Shown: positions 18,768 through 28,623, numbered from the stretch's first letter. The stretch is DNA of 64,000 nt from Actinomycetota bacterium (GCA_023481285.1 JAMCWL010000004.1:6115-70114), one strand, 5' to 3'. Translations and numbers: made by a program. The notes: a model not told the origin generated them from the letters alone.

Positions 18768-19946
18768 CTACTCCTTTATTCCCAGATAAACAGGGCTCTT
18801 GATCGTTTCTCCACCCGCGACGTTGATGAGGTCCTCGACGACTCTCTCTATCTGAGTCGGACCGGTATCTCGACCTCCCAGACCGTAGATGTAGCCGACG
18901 ACCGCCGGCTTTTTATCCAAATCGTAGAGGGCCGACTTCGTTTCAGTATAGACGGGACCGCCCTCCGCCCCGAAGGAGTCGGAGCGGTCCATAACGCCAA
19001 CGGCCTTGAGATGTGATAGCGCCCGGGCGACGCCCCGCGCCGGGAAGGGCCTGAAGAGCCTTAATTTTAGAAGCCCCACCTTGACGCCTTTTTCGCGGAG
19101 AACATCCACTGCATATCGTGCAGTTCCGGCCGTCGATCCCAACACCACCATGCCCACTTCCGCATCATCCAGGCGGTAGGTTTCAAAGAAATCATACCTT
19201 CTACCGGAAATGGCGGCATAGGCATCGAATACCTCCTTGACAACCTGGCGGGCGGCATCCAGAGCGGCGCGGAGTTGCCTCTTCTGCTCAAAGTAGTAGG
19301 GCGGCAGCGAGAAGGAGCCGAGCGTTACCGGATTATCCAAATCGAGCAGCGGGTTAACGGGTCTATGCTCGCCGACGAACTCTCGCACGACGGCGTGGTC
19401 AAGGAGATCAAAGCGGTCGATCGCATGGGAGACGATGAAGCCATCCAGGAGAACCATGACCGGAAGGCGTACGCTTGGGTCCTCCGCGATCCTAATCGCC
19501 ATAATCGTGTTATCGTACGCTTCCTGAGCATTTTCCGAAAAGAGCTGGACCCAACCGGCGTCCCTAGCGCCCATCGAATCGGAGTGGTCGCAGTGTATAT
19601 TGATCGGGCCGGAAAGCGCCCTGTTAACATTGTGCATAACTATCGGGAGCCTCATCGCCGAGGCTATATAGAGCTGCTCCCACATATAGGCCAGGCCCTG
19701 TGAAGAGGTCGCCGTCATGACGCGAGAGCCCGCAGCCGACGCGCCGATGCAGGCGCTCATCGCTGAATGCTCCGACTCGACATTTATGTATTCCGTATCG
19801 ACCTCGCCGTTGGCGACGTAATTGGCGAATTCTTCCACTATGGTCGTCTGCGGGGTGATCGGGTAAGCGGCGACGACATCCGGGTTTATCTGCTTCATCG
19901 CGTAAGCGCAGCCGATATTACCTGTCATGGCTACCGTTCTTGCCAT
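18768..19946 (-). CDS. porA: 2-oxoacid (pyruvate):ferredoxin oxidoreductase alpha subunit
   Basis: 392 aa. N-terminal MTGNIGCAYAMKQINPDVVAAYPITPQT is typical of POR alpha. Confidence 0.85.
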   Translation of the reverse strand: MARTVAMTGNIGCAYAMKQINPDVVAAYPITPQTTIVEEFANYVANGEVDTEYINVESEHSAMSACIGASAAGSRVMTATSSQGLAYMWEQLYIASAMRLPIVMHNVNRALSGPINIHCDHSDSMGARDAGWVQLFSENAQEAYDNTIMAIRIAEDPSVRLPVMVLLDGFIVSHAIDRFDLLDHAVVREFVGEHRPVNPLLDLDNPVTLGSFSLPPYYFEQKRQLRAALDAARQVVKEVFDAYAAISGRRYDFFETYRLDDAEVGMVVLGSTAGTARYAVDVLREKGVKVGLLKLRLFRPFPARGVARALSHLKAVGVMDRSDSFGAEGGPVYTETKSALYDLDKKPAVVGYIYGLGGRDTGPTQIERVVEDLINVAGGETIKSPVYLGIKE

Positions 19947-20263
19947 CAGCGATCCTCCTCCTGAGCCGATTGCTCATCAACCATGGCTATCGCTTTGAGC
20001 GCGCAGACTTCGGAACATATGCCGCACCCCTTGCAGTGATCGAGGTCGAAACCGGCGAATTTCTCATCCTCGACGATCACGGCGGTATCAGGGCAGAATA
20101 TCCAGCACTGCAGGCAGTTGTTGCACTTGCCTTCGAGAGTAGGTCTTAGAGTGCGCCAGCCACCGGTCTTGTAGTATTGCGCGTTCCCGGCTTCCAAAAT
20201 GGCCGCTCCGGCGGGATGTTCGCACCACTTCCATCCCTCGGCGCCCTCGATGTTCCACTTCAT
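19946..20263 (-). CDS. porD: 2-oxoacid:ferredoxin oxidoreductase delta subunit (2x[4Fe-4S] ferredoxin)
   Basis: 105 aa with CNNCLQCWIFCP and CKGCGICSEVC clusters. Overlaps the porA start by 1 nt. Confidence 0.8.
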   Translation of the reverse strand: MKWNIEGAEGWKWCEHPAGAAILEAGNAQYYKTGGWRTLRPTLEGKCNNCLQCWIFCPDTAVIVEDEKFAGFDLDHCKGCGICSEVCALKAIAMVDEQSAQEEDR

Positions 20264-20265
20264 AG

Positions 20266-20838
20266 CTATTCTCCTTTAGCCTCCTCGTACGCTTGCTCGA
20301 GCGCCCTTACGTTCCCTTCTATCACGTCCGACGCGAACTTCTTCCCAAAGCTGGCCTGCAGATGGGACCTGATATCCTCTAATCTCATCAATGCGGTCGC
20401 CTTGGCAAGCGCCCCCAGCATCGGCGTATTAGGAATCGGCTTGCCGATCGTATCAAGGGCTATTTGCGTGGCGGGTACCGTAAAGACGCTCCTTCCGACG
20501 AGGCCCATCGAGGCGCGAATCTCCGCCGGAGAGGCATCCGTATTGATGATCAAGATGCCTTCATCCGCAAGACCGACCGTCACATCGATCGATTTTAAGA
20601 GGGTCGGGTCGAGGACGACGACTATATCCGGATTGGTGATGCTTGACTTTATGTAGATGGGATCGCCGCTTATGCGGGTGAATGCTTGTATAGGCGCTCC
20701 CATGCGCTCGGGGCCGTACTCTGGAAAGGCCTGGAAATACTTGCCCTGGGAAAGCGCCGCCTCAGCCAGGAGTTTTGCGGCTGTGACTGCCCCCTGGCCT
20801 CCCCGAGCGTGCCAGCGAACTTCCGTTAACTTCTCCAC
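20266..20838 (-). CDS. porG: 2-oxoacid:ferredoxin oxidoreductase gamma subunit
   Basis: 190 aa. RWHARGGQGAVTAAKLLAEA motif of POR gamma. Confidence 0.8.
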   Translation of the reverse strand: MEKLTEVRWHARGGQGAVTAAKLLAEAALSQGKYFQAFPEYGPERMGAPIQAFTRISGDPIYIKSSITNPDIVVVLDPTLLKSIDVTVGLADEGILIINTDASPAEIRASMGLVGRSVFTVPATQIALDTIGKPIPNTPMLGALAKATALMRLEDIRSHLQASFGKKFASDVIEGNVRALEQAYEEAKGE

Positions 20839-20936
20839 CTGACACCTCCAAGTGCAAAATCTGCAAACAAGAAGCTTCCAATAGAGCTTGCAACAGCCTG
20901 AAGCGACAGACGGGCCTCGGCAGTCCTTACATTTTG

Positions 20937-21533
20937 CTACATTTCACGCCGTCCTTCAAGCGCCTTTCCGAGCGTTACCTCGTCGGCATACTCGAGATCT
21001 CCGCCGACCGGCAATCCGCTCGCTATGCGCGTAACCTTCACGCCGAGCGGCTTAGTGAGCCTGGCGATATACATCGCGGTTGCCTCTCCCTCGATATTGG
21101 GATTGGTCGCTATGAGGATCTCGGCGACGCCCCCCTCCAATCTGGCGAGAAGCTCTTTAACCCTGATGTCTTCGGGGCCCACCCCATCGATCGGCGATAT
21201 CGCCCCCTGCAGAACATGGTAAAGGCCGTGAAATCCTCCCGTTCGCTCGAGGGCGACGATATCCCGTGCCTCCTCGACCACGCAGATAATGCTCCTATCC
21301 CGCTGCAGATCGGTGCAAATATCACATCGCTCGTTGACGGAGACGTTAAAGCAATCGGTACAAAACCGCACCTTTTCTTTGACCTCTGTTATTGCTATAG
21401 CCAGACGCTTAGCTTCCTCGGATGACGCTTTTAGAAGATAAAAAGCGAGCCGCTGGGCGCTCTTCGGGCCGATGCCGGGGAGCTTTGCGAGTTCATCGAC
21501 GAGAGCCGCGAGCGGACTTGCGTAGTAGGACAT
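20937..21533 (-). CDS. recR: Recombination protein RecR
   Basis: 198 aa. [14 protein letters not shown] HhH, C4 zinc finger CxxC...CxxC, and Toprim domain. Confidence 0.95.
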   Translation of the reverse strand: MSYYASPLAALVDELAKLPGIGPKSAQRLAFYLLKASSEEAKRLAIAITEVKEKVRFCTDCFNVSVNERCDICTDLQRDRSIICVVEEARDIVALERTGGFHGLYHVLQGAISPIDGVGPEDIRVKELLARLEGGVAEILIATNPNIEGEATAMYIARLTKPLGVKVTRIASGLPVGGDLEYADEVTLGKALEGRREM

Positions 21534-21656
21534 TCTAAAAAGTTCACCGCTTTCTTGATATGACTGGCGAGGGAGCGCTTGATAAATAGATTTATTGCCG
21601 TAAGCTTAGATCAATATCCCGCCACGTCGACAAATGGGCACGCTATCGGCGTGCCC

Positions 21657-21968
21657 CTACAGGCCTGGCAGGCCCATGCCACCGGTAAGGCGACCCAGCT
21701 TTTTGGCGGCAAGCTCCTGCGCCTCGCGCATCACCTCGTTCACTGCCGCTATTATCGTCTCCTCCAACATCTCAACGTCTTCCGGATCAACCGCCGACGG
21801 ATCTATCTTCAATTCAACCAGCTGCTGTTTGCCGGAGGCGACTACCTTGACCGCGCCTCCCCCCGCTGATGCCTCAACCCTCTCGTCTTCCAGCTCCTTT
21901 TCAACTTTGGCCATCTCGGCCTGCATCTGCTGGAACTGCTTCATCATCTTGCCGTAATCGCCCTTCAT
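21657..21968 (-). CDS. ybaB: Nucleoid-associated protein YbaB/EbfC
   Basis: 103 aa. MMKQFQQMQAEMAKVEKEL...GGGAVKV pattern. Overlaps the dnaX stop. Confidence 0.9.
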   Translation of the reverse strand: MKGDYGKMMKQFQQMQAEMAKVEKELEDERVEASAGGGAVKVVASGKQQLVELKIDPSAVDPEDVEMLEETIIAAVNEVMREAQELAAKKLGRLTGGMGLPGL

Positions 21969-23638
21969 TCATCCTCCTCAAGAACGGATGGTTCTCCGGA
22001 ATAAACCGTGGATTCCCCAACTATCTTAGCATCAAATTCATCGGCGACAAACCCGACTACCTCCTCGATTGAGAGCATTTTGGATTCGTCCGCCTTGCTC
22101 TTAAGAGGTTTTCCGGCTTGGCAGTCAAGCGAAATATCAATGCCGACGATCGCTTTTACCGCTTCAATAACATTGGCGGCATACTCTCCCTCCACCTTCT
22201 CCCGGTGGAAGCTCGCCCATGGTCCAAACTCGAGAACCAGCCGGCCACCCTCGAGAGATATCGGTTTTGACTCGATCAGGCATGCTCGAGCGGCGGGCTT
22301 CTTTTTCCTCAGTCGTTCAAGGATAGCATCCCAGGCTTGGGTGACCTTCACAAGCGCTTCATCCCCGGCCAGCTCCGGTATCTCCCTTACAACCGCCTCT
22401 TTCGCCTCTTTCGTAATGCAGGACTCAGCTTGAGGCTCAAGTTGGACCCCGCTCGATTCGCGGATGGCTTCGCCGCCCGCCATAGCAGCCTCCACCCGTT
22501 CTAGCCGGTATAAAATTCCATCCAGCGAGATATCCATTCCCGGCTTTGCCAGCTTGACTATCGTCATCTCAAGCACAAGGCGCGCTTCCGGGCCGCGAGC
22601 TCTCTCATACGCGTCTCCGAAAGCCTCAAGGAACGCGATGGTCCTCGATGGCCTCACCCTTCCCGCCTGCTCTTTTACCTTCTCAAGATCATCTCCCACG
22701 AGATCGGAGAGCGCCATCCCGGGCTCCCCAGTGTTCTGCAGAATAAAGAGCTGCCGCAGGTGATCAACGACTTCGGCGATAAAGCTCCTTGCGTCCCGAC
22801 CGCTTTCCGAAAGCTCCCGGACGAGACGGAAAGCATCTGCAGCCCGATCGCTATTTAGCTGATCGACGAAGTCGATAAGGACATCAAGCTCAACCGCACC
22901 CAGCAGGCGAGTCGCGTCGGAAGCCTCTATTTTTTTGCCGCCGGTAAAGCCGACGAGCTGCTCCAGCGCGCCGAGAGCGTCTCGCACGCTGCCCTGCGCT
23001 CGGCGGGCGATCAGCGAAAGAGCTTCGTCGGAGATCTTGATCTTCTCCTCCGCTGAAACCCTCTTCAGGTGCTCGACTAGAAGCCCGATTGGGATTCGGT
23101 GGAAGTCAAAGCGCTGGCACCTGGAGAGAACGGTGGGTAGAACCCGGTGCGGCTCGGTCGTTGCCAGGACGAAGATGACATGTTCGGGGGGCTCTTCAAG
23201 CGTCTTTAGGAGGGCGTTGAATGAGTGCGTGGAGAGCATGTGCACCTCGTCTATGATATAGACTTTCCGGCGATCGCCGGCGGGGGCGAGGCGGACTCCC
23301 TTCAGCACCTCCTGGGTCTCATCAACCTGTCGATAGGAGGCCGCATCGACTTCGACCACGTCGAGGGAGGCGCCTTCGGCTATCTCGGTGCATGAACGAC
23401 ACTTGCCGCAGGGCTCAACAGTGGGCCCTTTTTCGCAATTCAATGCCTTGGCAAGTATACGAGCGGTAGAGGTTTTGCCCGTTCCCCTTGGGCCGCAAAA
23501 GAGATAGGCGTGAGCGACCCGGCCTCCCGCCACAGCATTGGCGAGGGTCCTGGAGACGTGCTCTTGTCCGATTATCGCGCTGAAGGTTTGCGGTCTCCAG
23601 CGCCTGTAGAGCGCTTCATGGTGGATAGAGTCGGCCAT
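21965..23638 (-). CDS. dnaX: DNA polymerase III subunit gamma/tau
   Basis: LYRRWRPQTF, GPRGTGKTS Walker A, zinc module CGKCRSC, SRCQRF sensor. Start taken at MADSIHHEAL (23638); the track starts at 23671. Confidence 0.9.
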   Translation of the reverse strand: MADSIHHEALYRRWRPQTFSAIIGQEHVSRTLANAVAGGRVAHAYLFCGPRGTGKTSTARILAKALNCEKGPTVEPCGKCRSCTEIAEGASLDVVEVDAASYRQVDETQEVLKGVRLAPAGDRRKVYIIDEVHMLSTHSFNALLKTLEEPPEHVIFVLATTEPHRVLPTVLSRCQRFDFHRIPIGLLVEHLKRVSAEEKIKISDEALSLIARRAQGSVRDALGALEQLVGFTGGKKIEASDATRLLGAVELDVLIDFVDQLNSDRAADAFRLVRELSESGRDARSFIAEVVDHLRQLFILQNTGEPGMALSDLVGDDLEKVKEQAGRVRPSRTIAFLEAFGDAYERARGPEARLVLEMTIVKLAKPGMDISLDGILYRLERVEAAMAGGEAIRESSGVQLEPQAESCITKEAKEAVVREIPELAGDEALVKVTQAWDAILERLRKKKPAARACLIESKPISLEGGRLVLEFGPWASFHREKVEGEYAANVIEAVKAIVGIDISLDCQAGKPLKSKADESKMLSIEEVVGFVADEFDAKIVGESTVYSGEPSVLEEDE

Positions 23639-23837
23639 CGGTTCTCCAAGGTAGTGCGACGGGTCGTGCAATTCACCGGTGCGGGCGTAAGCTACCCCGC
23701 AGGAAAGTACTGGTTGGTAGCTATGCCGATCTCTTTTTATTATAGCCCACGCGTAAGATGCGAGGAAGTATTCGAACGTCCGAGAGCGTGCGCACTTTTA
23801 GCAGTTCCCGTGGTTTCGTGGGCAGGAGACGAGGGCG

Positions 23838-23992
23838 GAGCATTAGACATTAGAGCATTAGATTCGCATTAGAGCTGGTGCACGGGTTAAAGCGCTACCA
23901 TTAACATCGTTAGCGGGTAGTTCTAATGTCTAATGTCCAATGTTCTAATGCTCTGTGACAAAAGGCCATCCTTGAGGGTGGCCTTTTGTCAC
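23838..23992 (-). repeat. Repeat module copy 1: perfect hairpin plus inverted arms of tandem GCATTAGA-like units
   Basis: Left arm GAGCATTAGACATTAGAGCATTAGATTCGCATTAGAGC (23838-23875). Right arm GTTCTAATGTCTAATGTCCAATGTTCTAATGCTC (23920-23953). Then a 14-17-bp hairpin GTGACAAAAGGCCA...TGGCCTTTTGTCAC (23955-23992) abutting the SRP RNA 3' end. Confidence 0.7.
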
Positions 23993-23993
23993 G

Positions 23994-24270
23994 ACCGTGC
24001 ACCCGCCGTTGACAACGCCGCTCCGGGCGCTACCGAGCAGCCAACTCCAGCCAAGCCACCCCGCGGCACACGAAATGGCTCGCTTACCGCTGCTTCCTTC
24101 CGGACCTGACGGGGTTCACGAGTTTTCGTTGCGCGGGACCCGACCTTCAACGCCGCTTACGCGACAACCGACCCCACAGCGACGGGCCGCGGGCGGGAAT
24201 TCAGCCCCGCTATAGCGGATTGCAGGTACAGGGCACCGCTACCTCCCCGCCTAGCACGGTCAACGACGAG
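23994..24270 (-). ncRNA. ffs: Signal recognition particle RNA, long (Bacillus-type, Alu-domain-containing) form
   Basis: The minus strand contains the helix-8 hallmark CAGGTCCGGAAGGAAGCAGC and a 5' region CCGTGCTAGGCGGGGAGGTAGCGGTGCCCTGTACCTGCAATCCGCT that closely matches the B. subtilis scRNA as I recall it. The 3' end GGTGCACGGT also matches. Upstream of dnaX as in Bacillus. Ends are approximate (about 10 nt). Confidence 0.85.
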
Positions 24271-24329
24271 TATAAGGCGAGGGGAAATCGAAGTCAATTG
24301 GATAAGCTATCGCCCGCTTGCAAGCTAGG

Positions 24330-25886
24330 CTATCTAAGATCTCCGATGCAAAGCGAGTCCTGGTCGCTGTAATCCTGCCGAATCAATGAGATTGTGACCG
24401 CTCGCGACGAGGCGTCCACTAAGTACTTCTCCCCCCAAGAGCGACCGAGGACGGCCTCTCCCTCTTCGTCGGCGATCAAGAGGAGAACGCGTGCGACCTC
24501 GGGATCGAACTTTTCTCCCTTGCCTCGCTCAATCTCCGAGCGGGCCGCGTCAAACGAGAGCGCAGAGCGGTATGGTCGGTCGGAGGTCATAGCGTCGAAC
24601 GCGTCGGCGACGGCAAGGATGCGAGCGCCGTGCGTTATCGACTCCCTGGCAAGCCCATTCGGGTAGCCGCCGCCGTCCCAGCGCTCATGGTGGTGCTTGA
24701 CCAGCGGAACGAGAACGTTGAGCGGGCGGATGGGGCTCAGGATTTCTGCGCCTTGGAGCGGATGCTTATATACCTCGGCAAACTCGCTGTCCGAGAGCGG
24801 TCCGGGCTTTAGCAGGATACTCTCGGGTAGACCGATCTTCCCGATGTCATGAAGAAGACCCGCCTGCTGGACGATATTGACGAAGGTGCCCCTCAAACCA
24901 AGTCGTTTCGCGATCGCCACGGCGAGTTTGGCGACTTTCTCCGAGTGACCCCGCGTGTAAAAATCTTTTGCCTCGATGGCCAGAATCAGCGCCCTGACCG
25001 TCGAGAGGTAGAAGTCATGAAGGCTCTCGTAGAGCCCGGCGTTTTCTATGGCGACGGCTACCTCGCCCGCGAGTATGGAGAGAATCTCGATGTCGCCGAC
25101 CTCAAAATTCCTCTCGCTAACCGCCCGGCTGACCGAAAGTGCGCCTATCGGGTTGCCGCCAACCAGTAGTGGCAAAGAAGCAACCGAGCCAATACCGAGG
25201 CTTTCAAGAACCGGTAAGTGCTCGTCACCTCCGTGTCCAGGAATTAGAATGGGCATTCTGCGTTTAAGCGTCTCTCTGCCGATCTTCGTGAAGGTCTTTG
25301 CGCCCTCCGCCGTTCTGCGACCGCCTTTGGACGCCTTGAGAACCAGGTTATCCCCGCTTTCAATCAAAGCCAAGCAAGCCGAAACGGCGCCAGCGCTCCG
25401 TTTGAGGACGCTGACGATGTTTTGTATGAGCTCATCGAGCGTGAGATCAATGAGCAGGGTTCGCCTCATCTCGGCAAGGGGCAGCAAAGCCTTCAGGCGA
25501 ATATTCTCTTTAAGCGCCCGGCTGTTTTGAAGAGAGTTCTCGACGGTTTCGACGAGCTCATCTGCCGTAAACGGTTTCAGGAGGAAACCCTGCGTTCCCT
25601 GTTTGAGACAGTCTATGACCATATCGATCGTCCCATAGCCCGTGATGATGATGGCTGGTAGGTCGGGGTGCTTAGCCCTCAGCTTTTTTAGGAGATCGAG
25701 CCCCGTCCCGTCCGGCATCTTCATATCCGTGACCAATAAGTCGCACTCCTCATTACCGGCCGCGGTCAGAGCCCCGGTAAAGCTATCCGCCGCCGCGACC
25801 TGGTAACCGCTCGCGGACAGGGTGCGCTGGCAGAGCTCGACTATGTGCTCCTCGTCATCGACGAGGAGAATCCTCTCTTTATCCAA
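24330..25886 (-). CDS. Response regulator with REC-GAF-HD-GYP architecture
   Basis: 518 aa. REC (ILLVDDEE...LLVTDMKMPDG), central GAF, HD-GYP (LLHDIGK...HHERWDGGGYP). Start overlaps the kinase stop by 8 nt. Confidence 0.85.
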   Translation of the reverse strand: MDKERILLVDDEEHIVELCQRTLSASGYQVAAADSFTGALTAAGNEECDLLVTDMKMPDGTGLDLLKKLRAKHPDLPAIIITGYGTIDMVIDCLKQGTQGFLLKPFTADELVETVENSLQNSRALKENIRLKALLPLAEMRRTLLIDLTLDELIQNIVSVLKRSAGAVSACLALIESGDNLVLKASKGGRRTAEGAKTFTKIGRETLKRRMPILIPGHGGDEHLPVLESLGIGSVASLPLLVGGNPIGALSVSRAVSERNFEVGDIEILSILAGEVAVAIENAGLYESLHDFYLSTVRALILAIEAKDFYTRGHSEKVAKLAVAIAKRLGLRGTFVNIVQQAGLLHDIGKIGLPESILLKPGPLSDSEFAEVYKHPLQGAEILSPIRPLNVLVPLVKHHHERWDGGGYPNGLARESITHGARILAVADAFDAMTSDRPYRSALSFDAARSEIERGKGEKFDPEVARVLLLIADEEGEAVLGRSWGEKYLVDASSRAVTISLIRQDYSDQDSLCIGDLR

Positions 25887-28404
25887 GGGACATCGCCTTC
25901 TCCGCCGCCGGGAGCTTCACCGCGAAAGTGCTGCCTTCCCCTTGCTTGCTTTCAACCGCAATCAGCCCCCCATGCGCCTCGATGATCCTATAGGAGACAG
26001 AGAGCCCCAACCCGGTACCTTTCTCGTCCTTGGTTGAGAAGAATGGCTCGAAGACGCGGTCGAGGTGATCGGGTGAAATGCCGGCGCCGGTGTCGCTGAA
26101 CGAGACGACGACGCCGTCCGGTGTTGAGCTCGTGTGAACCGTAAGGATTCCGCCATCCGGCATCGCATGCAAAGCGTTGTTGATCAGGTTTATGAAGACC
26201 TGCTTGATCTGGTTGGCGTCGACCTTGACGGGCGGAATCTCTGGATCGTATCCCTCGACTATCTCGATATTCGAGACCTGCGCCAGCCTTCTAACCAGCG
26301 TGAGAGTCTCGCCAACCAGCTCCCGTACATCGATCTCGGTGGGGCGGAGCGGCGTCTGTCTAGCAAAATCAAGCAGATGGCGAACTATGGAGCGAGCACG
26401 AATCGCTTCCGCTTCAATGATCTTCAGATCCTGCTTGACCTCTGAAGAAAGCTCTTGTTTTTTAAGCAAGAAAGAGGCGTAGCCGAGCACGCTCGTCAAC
26501 GGGTTGTTTATCTCATGAGCTATATTTGCGGCAAGCTCGCCGACCGCCGCCAGCTTGGTGGATTGGACGAGCTGGCTCTCAAGCTTCTTCTGTTCGGTAA
26601 TGTCGTGGGCGTATTCCACAACACCTGAAACGCCGCCGTCGGGATCGAAAACTGGGAACGCCCAAATCTGAAACGTTCGACTCCCGTGAAGCACCCTCTC
26701 GTCAAACGCCGGTTTTCCTGAGAGGATGGCGACGTGTGACGGGCAGTTGGCACAGGGCTCAAAGCGGTTGTAGTAAGTCTCGTAGCAGCGTCTGCCAATA
26801 AGCTCGGAGGGCTGTAATCCGGTCAACTTGGCCACCGCCTTGTTAACCCTCATAATCGTAAGGCTGCGATCGTAGATGGAGAGCGGGTCGACGATCGCAT
26901 CGAATGTCTCCTCCCATTCCCTCTTTCCCCTGGCAACCTGTTCGAAAAGGCGAGCGCTCTCAAGTGCAACGGCCGCCTGATTGGCGAATGCGGAAAGCAG
27001 GGTTCTCTCCTCTTCGGAGAATTCGTAAATCTCAGACTTGTAGACGCTCAAAACCCCAATTGTCTTCTCCCGGATCTTTAAAGGCATGAAAATTGCGGAG
27101 CGTATTCCGAGGCTTATAGCTACTTTGGCCTGCTTATTCTCGGGTATTTGTAGATCCGGGACTACAACAGCCGTCCCTTCGAAAGCCGGCTTCGACAAAA
27201 ACGATGCGCCCAGATCGAATCGCATCTTGACGATGTCTTTTGCGGCAACGCCTATCGCCGTTGGATAGTAAACGCTGTCACCATCTATCATGCCGATGGC
27301 TGCCGAGCATCCAGCCAGCGAATTCATGGCCTCGGATACTATCGCCTCTAGCACTTCGTCCAAGTCAAGACTGGAGACGATGGTTCCGATCATCCTGTGA
27401 AGCTTGCTCATGTCATCCGCGCGCCTGGTCGCCTCATCAAAAAGCCGGGCATTTTCCAGATTTTTCCTCTCAACCTCCTCTTGAATTCTCTTTTTCTCGG
27501 TGATATTGCGGGCTATGCCCTGAACCCCAACCGGCTTGCCATCCTGCACGGCAAGCCTCAAACTGACCTCAAAAAAGGCGAGCGACCCATCTTTCTTAAC
27601 AATCGCCATCTCATACGGTTCAGATGGCTTAGGGCTCGCTATAGCCCGTAAGAACCTGCGTCGCTCCGACTTCTCGCTGTCCTCCGGAAGCAACCTGGCG
27701 ATCTCCATCGGGAGATCCTCCTCCAGATAGCCGGTAAAATCGAGCGCGGCGGCGTTGGCTGAAATGATGTTCCCGGAAAGGTCCAGGGTAAAAATGAGAT
27801 CGGTCGCGTTCTCGACGAGACCTCGATACCACCGCTCGGAGTCCTGGAGCCTGCCGAGGTAGATGGCGATGAGCGTCGCTGAGAGAAAGTAGAGGGCCGT
27901 CTGTGAGGCAATCCTTAGAGCGGCCGCCGTCAGGGGCGCATTGCTGATAGCCTCGCCGGGACCGTACGCATGCTTTCCCAATAAACCGAAATGCTCAAGA
28001 AGAATCACCGCTGAATATAAGAGGGAGCTGATCGCGGCGGCGATAAAGCCGGTCGGCCTGCGGTCGACCAAAGATACGGCGACTATGATGACGAGAAAGA
28101 ACCAGGCAAATGGGCTGTCGATACCGCCGGTAAAATGCACGAGGGCGGCGATCACGATCGCATCAAGAATAATCTGCCCGTAGAGCAGGAGTTTGCCCTG
28201 GTGCAGCTTATACCACCCGTCGAAAACCAGGTTTGAAGCCGCCCCCATAAGCAGCGCCAGAAAAAGCGTCCACGGATATGGAGTGCCAGCGACCCTCGCA
28301 ACCAGGAGAAGAGCGAGCAAGGTTCCGGATGCGGCCCACCGCACCCTCGATGCGTATAGCAATGAAGCGCTTCCTTTACTGCTTTTTCTAGGGCTCAACG
28401 TCAT
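25879..28404 (-). CDS. Membrane-anchored PAS-GAF-PAS sensor histidine kinase
   Basis: N-terminal multi-TM block, H-box HEINNPLTSV, HATPase_c (DTGAGI...GTGLGLS). Start set at MTLSPRK (28404, GAGGGG RBS); the track starts at 28506. Confidence 0.85.
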   Translation of the reverse strand: MTLSPRKSSKGSASLLYASRVRWAASGTLLALLLVARVAGTPYPWTLFLALLMGAASNLVFDGWYKLHQGKLLLYGQIILDAIVIAALVHFTGGIDSPFAWFFLVIIVAVSLVDRRPTGFIAAAISSLLYSAVILLEHFGLLGKHAYGPGEAISNAPLTAAALRIASQTALYFLSATLIAIYLGRLQDSERWYRGLVENATDLIFTLDLSGNIISANAAALDFTGYLEEDLPMEIARLLPEDSEKSERRRFLRAIASPKPSEPYEMAIVKKDGSLAFFEVSLRLAVQDGKPVGVQGIARNITEKKRIQEEVERKNLENARLFDEATRRADDMSKLHRMIGTIVSSLDLDEVLEAIVSEAMNSLAGCSAAIGMIDGDSVYYPTAIGVAAKDIVKMRFDLGASFLSKPAFEGTAVVVPDLQIPENKQAKVAISLGIRSAIFMPLKIREKTIGVLSVYKSEIYEFSEEERTLLSAFANQAAVALESARLFEQVARGKREWEETFDAIVDPLSIYDRSLTIMRVNKAVAKLTGLQPSELIGRRCYETYYNRFEPCANCPSHVAILSGKPAFDERVLHGSRTFQIWAFPVFDPDGGVSGVVEYAHDITEQKKLESQLVQSTKLAAVGELAANIAHEINNPLTSVLGYASFLLKKQELSSEVKQDLKIIEAEAIRARSIVRHLLDFARQTPLRPTEIDVRELVGETLTLVRRLAQVSNIEIVEGYDPEIPPVKVDANQIKQVFINLINNALHAMPDGGILTVHTSSTPDGVVVSFSDTGAGISPDHLDRVFEPFFSTKDEKGTGLGLSVSYRIIEAHGGLIAVESKQGEGSTFAVKLPAAEKAMSLG

Positions 28405-28623
28405 ACCCCTCGACGAGTGCTTAACTAATAGTTTATCGGCAATTAAAAACCCGGCCTTTAAGAAGACGGAGCTTGGCAACAAAGCTTCCGCCAGATCACA
28501 GCGCAAAAATCATCATAAAACGAATGGTGAGCACCCGGTTGAATCTTGACCGTTCGTTTTCTAAATGCTAATGATTTCCCGCTTCGCTTGCCTATTCCGG
28601 TTTGTTTGGTAAAGAATAGTTCT

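Noticed and set aside
22930-22936. A7/T7 homopolymer inside dnaX (codons GGC AAA AAA ATA) as a possible gamma/tau frameshift or transcriptional-slippage site. A +1 shift gives an immediate TAG.
   Set aside because: The heptamer is not a proper X XXY YYZ slippery site in the zero frame. Truncation would occur near residue 246, at the start of domain III, which is far too early for a functional gamma subunit.
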